NCBI GenBank assembly: GCA_964016885.1
Contig: CAXHJY010000729.1
Location: 1-37,983 of the forward strand
DNA: 37,983 nucleotides
Source of the DNA: Eledone cirrhosa
Lineage: Eukaryota
Direction: 5' to 3'
Position 1 is the first letter of the stretch. Each line of letters starts with the position of its first letter. The position numbers and the translations under genes were made by a program. The notes under the pieces were generated by a model. The model was given only the letters and a program-made list of their open reading frames with translations, did no database searches and was not told the DNA's origin. Positions 1 to 10,739 of this stretch are shown piece by piece.

Positions 1-70
1 TGGTGGTTCTCTAGTTTTAGGGAATCGAACTCACACACACACAGACAGACATTCTCAGTTTTATATATAT

Positions 71-1080
71 ACTAGCAGTAAAGCCTGGCGTTGCTCGGGG
101 TCGCTCAGTAGCTGTGTTAAAGTTACAATGTTAAGTTTCTTTTTTGGCTTAAAAACTGTAGTGTCTACTGTGCAGACTTGCATGTGGTGTTTTTGATTAA
201 TATTCCCTCAACCAACAATATGCCTTATGAAGTTAAGAAAACATAACGATAACCCGAATGTTACAACAAAAGAGGATGCTGGGGATAAAAACTGCACTGG
301 TTATTTATTAACAAAGATCGAAAATGTAAACACTGCAACGCAGAGAAAAACATTAGCGTAACCAAATTATCAGTTGTGTCTGTCTGCACGCCTATATCAC
401 CTCTCTGCACGACTGTCTGTCTGCACGCCTATATCACCTCTCTGCACGCCTATATCACCTCTCTGCACGACTGTCTGTCTGCACGACTGTCTGTCTGCAC
501 GCCTAACGAAATTTACAGATACATATATTTTAAATAAACTTATATAATTTTTGCTTTTTTTTACGAAATATTTGCTTGTTTTACGTAGTCTTTAAATAGA
601 CTTGATTTCAAGTAAAAATATTGTTTTAAAAGGCTTTTAAATGGAAATGAAGCAAAACGGAAGCTTAGTGTTCGAACTGATGAATTTTGCAGGTCAAAAT
701 TTTGCTGGCTCGACAACTGTTCGTGTATTGTGTTAATGTCATTTTAAACGCTGAGAAAGCCAGCGTAATTTTTTTAATTTTTGCCAGCGTAATTTTTTTA
801 ATTTTTGCACGCAGAAAATGTAAAGAGAACGTAAGACGCTACGCTGAATGTAAACAGAACAAAGGGAAATAACTCATCACTTACGCTCAAAAATCGATAC
901 ATTATATTCGATTTCGTCAGATAGGGCGGGTCAATTTGAAATATTTTTTTTCCGATGTCTTCGCTAGGGCTCAATGTACAAGTATAGCAATTTCGGTGCA
1001 ATTCCGTCAGAGATTCTAAGAGGAGATGTGTGCCAAAAATCGATAGACAGACAGACAACCTCAGTTTTATATATATAGAT
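71..1080 (+). mobile_element. Non-autonomous Helitron/HINE-like repeat; the 3' end of a second, tandem copy occupies 1-70
   Basis: Starts ACTAGCAGTAAAGCCTGGCGTTGCTCGGG and ends (AGAC)n-CTCAGTTTTATATATATAGAT. The same terminal motif CAGACAGAC..CTCAGTTTTATATATATA ends at ~70, directly before the ACTAG start. This layout resembles Lep1/DINE-1-type rolling-circle elements (from recall, no search run). Confidence 0.6.
378..504. repeat. Internal minisatellite built from CTGCACGCCTATATCACCTCT and CTGCACGACTGTCTGT units
   Basis: Tandem, interleaved copies of the two related units are directly visible. Confidence 0.9.
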
Positions 1081-1107
1081 ATGAAAAATAAACCAAAAAA
1101 CACTCAC

Positions 1108-1233
1108 TATCTTCATTATCAATATCTTTAGTCTCATTTACAGCATTATTTTCATCATCTTCATTTGATACTGATTCCTTGTGGTGATATTTTTTACTTT
1201 TCTTTCTTCTTTTTCTGTTCCCTCCATCCGTAT
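1108..1233 (-). CDS. Coding exon of unidentified minus-strand gene (DTDGGNRKRRKKSKKYHHKESVSNEDDENNAVNETKDIDNED)
   Basis: Acceptor tttctttcag, donor GTGAGT, 126 nt, phase 1/1, stop-free and in frame with the upstream exon. Basic cluster followed by an acidic stretch. Confidence 0.75.
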
Positions 1234-1274
1234 CTGAAAGAAATAATTCAGTAAATCATATTTTTACTGATAAC

Positions 1275-1450
1275 ATCCATAGGCTGACTAAGAAGGAGTG
1301 ATGCTAGGGCTGTGAAATCTTGCATAAGTTAGTTTCAACACTTATTAAGAACTGTATTGTTTCTTTCCGGGGACTGTGCTGAAAAATAAACCTCATCTGG
1401 GCATTCCATGAGTATTTTGCTCAGCCTATGAACTTCTCAGACGATTTTAT
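1275..1450. mobile_element. Mariner-derived MITE remnant; a related fragment lies at ~14020-14105
   Basis: Inverted CATAGGCTGA...TCAGCCTATG ends. The sequence at ~14030 (CTGAAAAGTTCACAAGCTGACCAAGATACTC) is the reverse complement of the right end, with mismatches. Confidence 0.5.
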
Positions 1451-1936
1451 ATATTGATTACTTACATTGTATATCAACATTTTAATAAACCAACAGTTTC
1501 AACAATTCATTTATTATGATGGGTATGGTAACAAAATAAGCTTCTTATCATAATTATAAGGTAGCCAGGAAGGCTTGCTGAGAAGTATGTGGCAAAAGCA
1601 CAGGATACACATAGTACCATATATACACAAATATATGTGCCCCACCCTACATTTATGTCTGAGGAGATGTACAGGAACAAGAGGAAGAATTTGTTTTGGG
1701 AGTTTGTTGAGAAGTTTATTAAAACTTATCTGGCATGAGAATCTCCTAGCTAAATTTCTACAATCACAATAACTCTTTACTTAAATTTATGCTGAAATCC
1801 AAAATAACATAAGATGATTTATGAAAAATAACTCTTTACTGAAGGGTTTAAGTAATAAAAACAGATTATAAACTTAAAGAAAAAATGTTGTTTGAAGTGA
1901 AATAATGGAAAGGAGGAAGTGAATAAAATAACTCAC

Positions 1937-1964
1937 CATTAACAGCTGATGGTTCTGAATTCAT
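1937..1964 (-). CDS. Probable first coding segment (MNSEPSAVN) of the minus-strand gene; whole exon is 1937-2004
   Basis: Acceptor tttcccaatcag before 2004, ATG at 1964, donor G|GTGAGT at 1936. Phase 1 matches the next exon. The frame is also open upstream of the ATG within this exon. Confidence 0.65.
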
Positions 1965-2099
1965 TGCGCCTGTGTTCGTTATATCACTGGATCTTAAAAA
2001 GTAACTGATTGGGAAATAAAATTATACAAAATAATAGAATTTGTGTTATGTATGCATTTCCATACACATATATACCATAATTATAATTATATATATACA

Positions 2100-2290
2100 A
2101 TGTCAACTCTGGAAGTCGGTGAGCATGTCCAGCTAACCTCAGTTAGACCAAGGTTAACATATGTTGATACCCTAAGGACAGACACTGGTCTTGGAGACGC
2201 AGGACATGGCAGCGATAATGAGGGACAGAGACCGCTGGAGAGAACTCGTCCATGGATCTCGGGAATTTTACCCGCCCTAGATAGATAGAT
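2100..2290 (+). mobile_element. RTE-clade LINE 3' fragment with (TAGA)n tail
   Basis: Translates to RPRLTYVDTLRTDTGL and, after a frameshift, MRDRDRWRELV, a typical RTE ORF C-terminus. Followed by TAGATAGATAGA. Confidence 0.65.
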
Positions 2291-2297
2291 ATATATA

Positions 2298-3583
2298 CAG
2301 GGTGTGGATGATATTTGTTCGCAATTTTCAACTGCTAATTTTATGCAAATTTTTTTTTACTTCCTTTGTCACTCTTGTCTTCATAAAAACAGTGACTATA
2401 TTTCCATTATTTATTTTCAGAATAATTGATTATGAATAATTTTGAACCTCCAAATTTGTGGAAGAGACACGGAGTTCTTCTTCGAATCCGCGCTGGGAGG
2501 ACAAATAAGGAAATTTCAGACTTTCTCAGCATCAGCAGGAGAATGGTGGAAAAGGTCAGAAAGGAATTGGAAGATTCAGGATTCGACTACAAAGCAACAT
2601 CAGAGAGGAAAACATAATCGACGATCTGACGCCTTCAGAACGCCCGAGTTCGTCGCTGAAGTTCAGGAAATCATCAACAATGAACCTAGCAAGTCGATGC
2701 ATGCCATTGCAAGGGAAAAAGGCGTGGATGAAAAGCTCATTAGGCTGGTGGTACATGAAGACATTCGCTACGTTTCATACAAGATGAGGAAAGGACAATT
2801 TCTGTCAAAGGCGATGCAAGAAAAGCGACTGAAGCATGCAAAGAAGTTGATCAACAAGTTGAAACACCCACTGGAGCCAGACATGCTGTGGTTTTTCTCT
2901 GACGAGAAAAACTTCTGCCAAGACCAGAAGATCAACTCCCAGAACAACAGGTGGTTCGCTGTCTCATCCAAAGACATGCCCAGAGTCATGCAGACAAAGT
3001 TTCCAGCGACAACATTGGTCTTAGGTGTCGTCATGCCACCTCACTTCTTCCCTGAGGGCCTCAAGCTGAACACCGATGGCTACATCCGCGTTCTGAGTGA
3101 GGTAGTAAAGCCCTGGATCGACCAGGCAGCTGCAGGTAGGCCGTACGTGTGGCAGCAAGACTCAGTACCCTGCCATACCAGCCGAAAGACCCAAGCCTGG
3201 CTGTCAGAGAACTTCGTCGACCACACTTCACTTGACATCTGGCCTCCCAGCTCGCCTGACTGAAACCCCCTCGACTTCTTGGTGTGGGGGGCAGTGGAAC
3301 GAGACACCAACAGATCTAGCTGCAATACGAAAGATGATCTGAAGGCCAGGATCACAAGTGCCTTTAGGGGCCTAAGTCAGGGGACAGTGACGAAGGCCTG
3401 TAGCCGGTTCCGAGGCCATCTTGAGGCCGTCATCAAAGCCAATGGCGGGTTTATCGAGTGAGATCGAAAGAACAAGTCATGAAGACAAACTGACCCAAGT
3501 TTGATAAATATATCTTAAAAAATAAAACTACTGTTACTTTTTCCTAGACAGCAATCTTGCGAACAAATATCGTCCGCACCCTA
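2298..3583 (+). mobile_element. Full-length Tc1/mariner DNA transposon, DD37D (maT) family
   Basis: 27-bp TIRs at 2298-2324 (CAGGGTGTGGATGATATTTGTTCGCAA) and 3557-3583 with 3 mismatches. TA on both sides, length 1286 bp, transposase inside. Confidence 0.93.
2432..3461 (+). pseudogene. Disrupted DD37D transposase
   Basis: N-terminal HTH-like region, then motifs FFSDEKNF, WQQDSVPCH and WPPSSPD*NPLDFLVWG. I counted 37 residues between the 2nd and 3rd Asp. Frameshift near 2610 and in-frame TGA at 3261-3263. Confidence 0.92.
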
Positions 3584-3844
3584 TATATATATTCATACAT
3601 AGGTCAGGTCAGGCTTCTGCCTGCTACTGATACCATGTATAACCTGCTTCATGGTCGACAACTAAACTGGCTACCCCACCAGACCTCTCTTACTTCTATG
3701 AATCTCGCATTCATAACCATTCTGGTTCTTTGTATTACTTTCGTAACCTGTTCACTCAAACAATAAAATTCACCAAGTACATATTGTAAAGAGGTTCACA
3801 TTAAGAAGGGCATGCAAGCCATTAAAAAAAACATGCAAAAAGTA

Positions 3845-3980
3845 GACCCTGAGCAAGATGGGTGGATAATATCCATGAGCTCGCTGGTCTTGCTTGAGGA
3901 TCGCAGTCGGATCGATTGGAGACGGTTGCTTCTGACAAGACCCACTGGAAGGAGTATTTGAAAACTCTGCCCCACCAGGA
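3845..3980 (+). mobile_element. RTE-like LINE 3' fragment; a second copy lies at ~5830-6050
   Basis: The two copies align by eye (CAAGATGG.TGGATAA.ATCCA.GAGCTC.GCTGGTCTTGCT.G.GATC...TGGAGACGGTTGCTTCTGACA). They encode RP..RWVDNIH...ASD...W. Confidence 0.65.
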
Positions 3981-4139
3981 GGCGAAGAAGAATTTGGCAG
4001 TGTTACATTTTCGAAGGTTTAGATTTGGACTATGAAGATGACATTTAAAAAAATACTTCCATTATTGTATCCTTCCGTTCGTTTATTTTATTTAATAGAA
4101 TACATTCGATCTATATTTGCAATAAGCTGCCAGGAGTTA

Positions 4140-4305
4140 TGCAAGCTCACGAAAGGAGCCAGTAAGAGCCTCACCTGAATGGAAACCGGGTGTGGGTTTC
4201 GAAAGCAAGGTAGATGCGCCAAGTCCTGAATTTGGGAGCAGGTTCACGACAGGGCTTGTGACCGTGCAGAATGGAGATCTCTCATCTCCTAGGGCTCCAT
4301 AGAGA
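4140..4305 (+). mobile_element. Degenerate RTE-like LINE 3' end
   Basis: One frame reads WEQVHDRACDRAEWRSLIS, matching the A.DR..WR.L motif at RTE ORF C-termini. Confidence 0.5.
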
Positions 4306-5644
4306 GCAAAAGGAACTAATGAATCGCAAACTGAAAAATTATTTTCATGCACCTTCCAATTTAATGTTAAAAATATCAAAAGGCGAGCCTGTAAACAAGG
4401 CGACTTCTGCCAATTTCAGAAAATCGATCAATAAACAATGCCAACTAGTTCAATAGCAATAAAATGAAAATAACGCCACATGCATAAAGAAAAGGAAATA
4501 TCGCACCGGGCATTAACATAAAATAATTTTCCGTGTATCTGTAAATGTCTTATTATCAATATAAAAGAATCTTTTTTGTGTGCGTAATTGATTTAACCTG
4601 TTCATTTTCGTTTTATTATTGTAGTTGGTAGTGGTATTTACGGGACTTCCTGAAAGCCGCCGTTTAAAACGACTGAAACCACGTGGCTGAGAAGCGAATC
4701 AACATGCTCGCGCTTATATATCTAAACGGAAAAAATGAAACGAAATTTCATTTCTCACGTATACATACTTATATATATATATATATATACATACTTATAC
4801 ACAGTATATATATATATATATAATAATTTGACAATAATTCATTATTATATATATAGTGTATATATATATGAAAATATAGAAATTAGTGTGAGCAAGAAGC
4901 CAACAGTATTTCATAATATATGTGACCATAACGTCAAAATGGAAAATAATTAACGTAAGATATGGGAAAATAATTCAAACTCAATTTTTAAAAAAATCAA
5001 GACAGAGATTTTAACCACAGATTTTGTGAAATCCAGGGAAAAACCAATAGAGTCTTAACTCAGAATCAAATAAAATATATATATATATATATATATATTG
5101 CGTGTATCTGCGATCATGTGTGTATGCATATGTAGCGACCACGTTGAAGCCTCACTGTGATATATACACATAAATCTGGTGTCATTTTCAAAAGAAATGA
5201 TCACGTTTCCGTTGTTAACATACTATAATGAATTGCAATGGGGCATTCTTGTAGTTTGACGATCTGAGTACTATGAACAAAAATATTTAGTAAATATAGC
5301 ACCAATTCTTGAGACATTTAATTTTTTTTTTCAAAGCTAAAGGAAAAATTAAATAAATAAATCAAAATTCAGTGTGTAACAAAAATATTCCGTGGTCTGA
5401 CACAAACTGATGACTGAAATTATTTTGGAGAGCCTAATGCACGAAATAGGAAAATATTAGAAAAAAATTGTTGCTACATATCGACAAAGATGGCTGTCAT
5501 TGTTTAATTAACCCGAGTCATATGCACTATCATTCAAATTTAACTTATTCAATATAAAGCTTCGCTTCAATTCACACAAATTCGATGATAACAACATTTC
5601 AAAGTTAAAGAATTAGATTAATTTCGCAAAACATAGCAACTTAC

Positions 5645-5696
5645 CTTCTCAAAACGGTTACTTATGTTTAAAAAGTTAAAAGATACTGACTTCCGG
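5645..5696 (-). promoter_or_regulatory. Putative promoter and non-coding first exon of the minus-strand gene
   Basis: On the minus strand: ETS motif CCGGAAGT (5689-5696) overlapping Inr-like TCAGT (5685-5689), then ~43 nt with no ATG, then a perfect donor AAG|GTAAGT at 5644. Confidence 0.55.
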
Positions 5697-6384
5697 TAGC
5701 ATCATTACCTCCCTTGAAATCAACATTTTAGATAACGTTAGATACACTGTACATGAAAGTACAAGCGACCTAAGTGGGGTTCCTTCGTAACTCGAAGATC
5801 AGAGTAGAGCCGCTACTTCTCCAAATTGAGAGATCACAAACTCCCATACTACGGAAATGTGGTTAGAATGTCTTGGGAAAGATTTTACCCAAGGGTAGAC
5901 TGCAAGCAAGATGGTTGGATAACATCCACGAGCTCAGCTGGTCTTGCTCGGAGATCCAGCCAGATCAATTGGAGACGGTTGCTTCTGACAGGACCAGCTG
6001 GAAGGAGTGTTTGAGGACTTTGCCTCCACGATCCTCCCAGGAATAAGTAAGAGAAGGTAAAGAAGGGTCACAGTTTGAATGCCCTTTAATAATAGATGTA
6101 CTTGACCAAAAAGGTATTTTAGATAACGTTTAACATAGATACACTGTGCATGAAAATAAAAAAGGGTTACAGTTTGAATGCCTTTGATTATACATATATG
6201 TAATCCGGAGTAACGTGAAACTAAAAAAAAAAAAACGAAGACATGATGATATTATAGAAAGACACTCGCTGTTTGAGTGCGAGTCGGAACGGAGGCAGGC
6301 AAGGCGGTATTACACCAAGCCAAAACTCGATCCGTCTAAAGATAGACCTGCACATGATATCGTCCCAGTTACATTGGACATTTG

Positions 6385-7005
6385 TTTTCCCGTGTGCTCT
6401 GAACTAAACGTACCTCCTAATAATGTCCTAAAGACTTTTTTCCTAGAAAAGGGAAATAAGGAGAGTGGGTCCCTCGGACTTTTCACTACCATCACTCTAA
6501 CTTTCTTTACCATTTCTTTTTCCCTTGTTTATTTTTTCGTGAGCTACCAACTAATCTTACCTCCGAACATGCTGCAAAGGACTTTGTTCAGGAAAACGGA
6601 GGGGGTGTCTCGGACTTTTCACCACCACACTCTTCTCGGGGGTTAAAGAAAAATCGGGAGGGGGGGGGTGTATGAGGACCCACTCTTTCCCCTGCGTTTT
6701 CCTGGGAAAAAAATCTTTTGCACCATATTTGTATGTAATATTAGTTGATAGCACATAACAAAAAATGAGGAAAAATGAAATGGGGATGAGTCCGATGGTC
6801 CTTCCGTTTTCCAGGAATAAAAAATCATTTACGGCATGTGCGGGGCTAAGATTAGTTGATAACACGCGAAAAACTGGGAGGGGGGGGGGTACAGAAAACT
6901 CGGGGATTGGTGGTGAAAAGTTCGAAGAGCCCCCTCCTTTTTCTAGGGAAAAAAGTCCTTTGCAGCATATTAGGAAGTAAGTTCAATTGATAGCACACGA
7001 AAAAA
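6385..7005. repeat. Foldback-like array: 2 forward and 3 reverse diverged copies of a ~110-150 bp unit
   Basis: Unit TTTTCGTGTGCTA.CAACTAA.CTTACCTCC.AA.ATG.TGCAAAGGACTTTTTTCC.AG.AAA.G...CGGACTTTTCACCACCA at ~6385 and ~6533. Reverse-complement copies at ~6660-6765, ~6780-6873 and ~6905-7005. Confidence 0.75.
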
Positions 7006-7049
7006 AAAAAAAAAATGTTTCCCACTGGAAACGGTGAGGATGTACTTAT

Positions 7050-7360
7050 ATAATAATTGTTTCTACTTTAGGCACAAGGCCAGCAATTACCCAGCACATT
7101 AATGGTTTCTCATTTAGGCACCATTTTAGGGGGAGGGTAAGTCGATTAAATCGACCGCAGTTCGTTACTGTAATAATTGTTTCTACTTTAGGCACAAGAC
7201 CAGCAATTACCAGTGCATTACTGGTACTTTATTTTATCGACCCCGTAAGGATGAAAGGCAAAGTCAACCTCGGTGGGATTTGAACTCATATCGTAAAGGG
7301 ACGTAACTATGCTGGAAAGCATGGCGTCCGACCCTCTACCGATCACCGCCAGTTCGTTAC
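7050..7360 (-). mobile_element. tRNA-derived SINE family A (rearranged, 3' tail duplicated)
   Basis: B-box GAGTTCAAATCCC, core AACTTTGCCTTTCATCC...GGGGTCGATAAAATAAAGTACCAG and tail GTGCCTAAAGTAGAAACAATTATT. Further copies: 12090-12225(-), 12815-13015(+), 14590-14730(-), 16598-16740(+), 21127-21310(-), 22493-22703(+), 24290-24470(+), 26073-26278(+). Confidence 0.85.
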
Positions 7361-7529
7361 TGTAATAATACCCATATTTCTTTACATGGCAACGCGATGC
7401 GTAATATTCATATGAAGATCTTAATTCATAACCCCTGGCAAATGTAATCAAGACATCAAGAATATATTCACGTAAGCAAATAGAGACACAAATTACACTA
7501 CACACATTCATAATTACCAATGGCTGGCT

Positions 7530-7700
7530 CGAACTAAGTCCATGACATCATAGCTGTGTCCCCGGAGAAATCCGGCATTCTTGGCCCTTGGATTACATCT
7601 CTGCTAGAGGAGCAGAGTTGGCTGCCGCAGGCCCTGCGAGGAGCAGTGACTGTGTCATCCAGCGTGTCTTCCCTTCTCCATCCTGACGGCAGGGTCTATT
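7530..7700 (+). mobile_element. CRE-clade non-LTR retrotransposon 3' (RLE) remnant
   Basis: EKSGILGPWITSLL...VIQRV resembles ETCGVLGSWTTFLL...FQRI of the better-preserved copy near 15100. Confidence 0.5.
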
Positions 7701-8909
7701 AGGCGGATGACATATTAGAGAACATTTCTACTAGATAGATTGGTTCATGCCGTGTGTGTTTGACTAATAAAACTTGGGATGAGATGGTGATGTTTATTAT
7801 GTATTTCTACCAAGGATATATCAAAAAGATTTGAGGCAATTTTAAATTATACAATAACTATTGAAAATCTCGGATTTGCAACAGATGTGACATTTTCGAA
7901 AGAAATAACTGATCCATTACATTTGAATGAAACAGTAGCTTCCTTTCAAAATCACAGGGAAACGATTAAATATCACCTCCCCACCACCACCTCATTTTTG
8001 ACGATATGAGCATGTTGATAACAAGAAAAGTATTGTGAAAATATTTTTTATTAGAATAAAGATTAAAAAGTAAAACGCTTCCATTTATAAACAGATGAAT
8101 AACATCTTTAATTTACATATGATTGAAATTAATAAGGATGAGATTTTCAGTCTCATCAATATAATCTTAAAGATTTTCTTGGCAAGTTTTGCAAGAACAT
8201 AACACAACCTTAAATGTACAAAATGCTGAAAGAAAATAAATTTAATATTGCCGATTGATTAATTTTAAAACATTTCTTGATTTAGTCACCAAAAATAATT
8301 TTCATAACGAATTGCGTTTTTTTTTAAGCCATTCTGCTGAAAATATTTTCTCTTCTAACTTATTTTCAGCAGAAATATTTCTCTGGGGTTTTCAATGAAC
8401 TAAAATTACAATGAAAAGTGAACTTACTTCAACAAAGTGAATCCTTTATCCATTCCTTTTTCGTATATTTTTCGTCCTTTGCGTATTTCAGAATTAGATA
8501 AAGTTATCATTGCAATATGACCTCCAATTGCAGTACTTTAAGAAGAAGTTAAACGGTGAATTATATTTACCGCCAATACGACTAGAAATGAAATATACAA
8601 CACGTCTAAACTTTGATACAATATTATATAAGTAAACAGTAGCTGAATTTTATACATTATACATGTTCAGGATAAAATATGATCGTTTAATTTTAATATG
8701 AACGAAACTTGATAGACGAATTGATGTGATTAAACTAAAAGTATATATTTTTAAACTCATACCATTTATATCACATACAATATTTATTATGTACAATAAA
8801 TTGATAATATATCTAAATATTAAATTATTTGACTGGACACAAAGCTTTACATTCAAAAGGTGATGCGAAATTTATATTGTGTTCTTATAGGGTTTTTCAA
8901 ATTTCTGTT

Positions 8910-9460
8910 TTAGCTGCTGCAGATCCACACTCAAGACCTCACTGTGATGCAGCATACCAATTCAAACACAAGAACCATATAATCTATCATTTACTTTGAG
9001 AAATAAGCTTTTAGTTGCCAGCAGAAGTTACAGCTCCCAGAACTTCTTCCATCCTGTCTTCACTCTGGCTACAACATTTTCAGTACATTCATATTGACTG
9101 CTTATGAGGTCTCCTAGAGAGCAAAAGCTATCTACTTCTAGTGAGCTTTCATAGCATTTGAGGAAGTTCATTTCTAGAGAACCCTTCTTGTTTATTACTC
9201 TTGTATACTTGTAACATATGAAGTCTAACTTTTCTGTCAGCCTACATGTGATCCTGATACATCTATTGTATGTTCAATGTTCACATTGGGTACACTGTAT
9301 GGAGTTTCTACTTTCTCTTGTTAGGCATATTGAGTATGACAATTTACCTGATATCAGAGTCCTGTCCTCTTTCCTACTTACTAAAACAGTAGTCTTTGCT
9401 AGTGTAGCATGATAGATAAATCTGAAGGGCTTATTAGAAGGCCTAAAATGCTCATCTCAT
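8910..9460 (-). mobile_element. RTE-clade LINE reverse-transcriptase fragment
   Basis: Minus strand reads VVARVKTGWKKFWEL.LL, typical of the post-RT region of RTE elements. Many stops. Confidence 0.6.
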
Positions 9461-9699
9461 ATTTTGGGAGAATATAGGAGTAAATTATCCAATATGTCTT
9501 TTGTACTTTTAGAGCATATGGATGTGTATTGACTATCCAGTCCTTAAGTTATTTTCAATTTAACAGATTTTGGTAACAACTCTCACAATTTCTTAAAAGA
9601 AAATTAAAATTTATCTATGAAATATAGAATATACAATAATAATGTATTTTGTTTGCCACATAAAAAAAGGGACATTACAAAGATTATTATCATCATCAT

Positions 9700-9930
9700 T
9701 GCAACTTCTATCGAATTTTCTATTGCTCCTGGCATCTGCTTTTTATTGAGGTTTGTATCATCTGAGAGTTGATCGACGAAGGTTCAAGCAGGTCTTCCTC
9801 TACTGCGCCTCCAGTGAGTTGGCTTCACAATAGTATATAACTTCCTGCTTACTTCTTCAGCAATGTCCTGCAAATCATAACCATCTTTGTTCAATTGTAG
9901 TTATCTTGGACAAGTTTCCATATAAACTTT
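9700..9930 (-). mobile_element. RTE-clade LINE 3' fragment
   Basis: Minus strand reads FAGHC*RSKQE...PTHWRRSRGRPA*TFVDQLSDDT. Confidence 0.65.
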
Positions 9931-10549
9931 CATTTGTAATTCATTGATGAGACTATATGTTTTATACATAAAATATGGGAGTTACATATAAATCAGATGA
10001 GGTAAAAAAAAGGGAGGAGATGAAAAAGTATACATTGCATAGTTAATGAAGCAGTCCTCTTGCTATGGGAAAACTTTCAATTAGATTATCAAGGTACCCA
10101 ACAAATCCATGGACTCTTTGACCACCAAAGGCAAGTGCCTTCTCTCAATTATCTTTCTCTGATCTACAGGGTCATACTCAGAGTAGAACTATTAATTCTT
10201 GCCAGTCACCCACCTTTTAAATAAATTACTAGGAGAGATCATCTCCCTCTCCACTCTCACCTTTAACCAAAGAGGAAAGTAGTTGTCCTCGGTGCTCTTA
10301 ACCATGTCCATTAGATGAGCTCTTTCATCATAACCACTCATCAGACACATGAAAAATAACCATCTCTTCCTAGATAAAGGAGGATGGTGGTGGGATTTTC
10401 ATGATAGACACAGCTAATAGCCAGATCCATCCTACATACAAACAACAGCTGTTTGACATAATTTCATAAATCCACAATGCTTGGACATTGAATGAATATA
10501 TGCAGAATGATTTTCTCACCTTGTGCACATCTCAGACAGACTATATAGT

Positions 10550-10727
10550 GCGGTGGTGCTGGTGTCATGATAAAATGCACCCAGTACACTGGATAGCATG
10601 CTGGTGATGGTACCATGATAAAATGCACCCAGTACACTGTAAAGCGTGATGGTGCTGGTGTCATAATAAACTGTACCCAGTACACTGTATAATATGATGG
10701 TGGTGCTGGTGCCATGATAAAATGCAT
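10550..10727 (+). repeat. ~54-bp tandem repeat, about 3.5 copies, part of SINE family B
   Basis: Repeated GGTGCTGGTG.CATGATAAAATGCACCCAGTACACTG. Related units precede GGAAGGGCATCCAGC in the copies at ~19000 and ~20000. Confidence 0.8.
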
Positions 10728-10739
10728 TAAGTCATCATC

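Noticed and set aside
4120-4330. GC-richer stretch with GNRA-like loops that looked like a structured ncRNA (RNase P/MRP, SRP, 7SK)
   Set aside because: None of the conserved motifs of those RNAs were found, and one frame gives an RTE C-terminal motif (ACDRAEWRSLI).
6215-6980. Overlapping ORFs of 61-143 aa
   Set aside because: They lie within the inverted repeat array and show no recognisable domain or splice support.
10550-10727. Repeat-spacer-like array resembling CRISPR; also 30224-30389
   Set aside because: Eukaryotic context, no cas genes, and the apparent spacers are similar to each other. These are ordinary tandem repeats.
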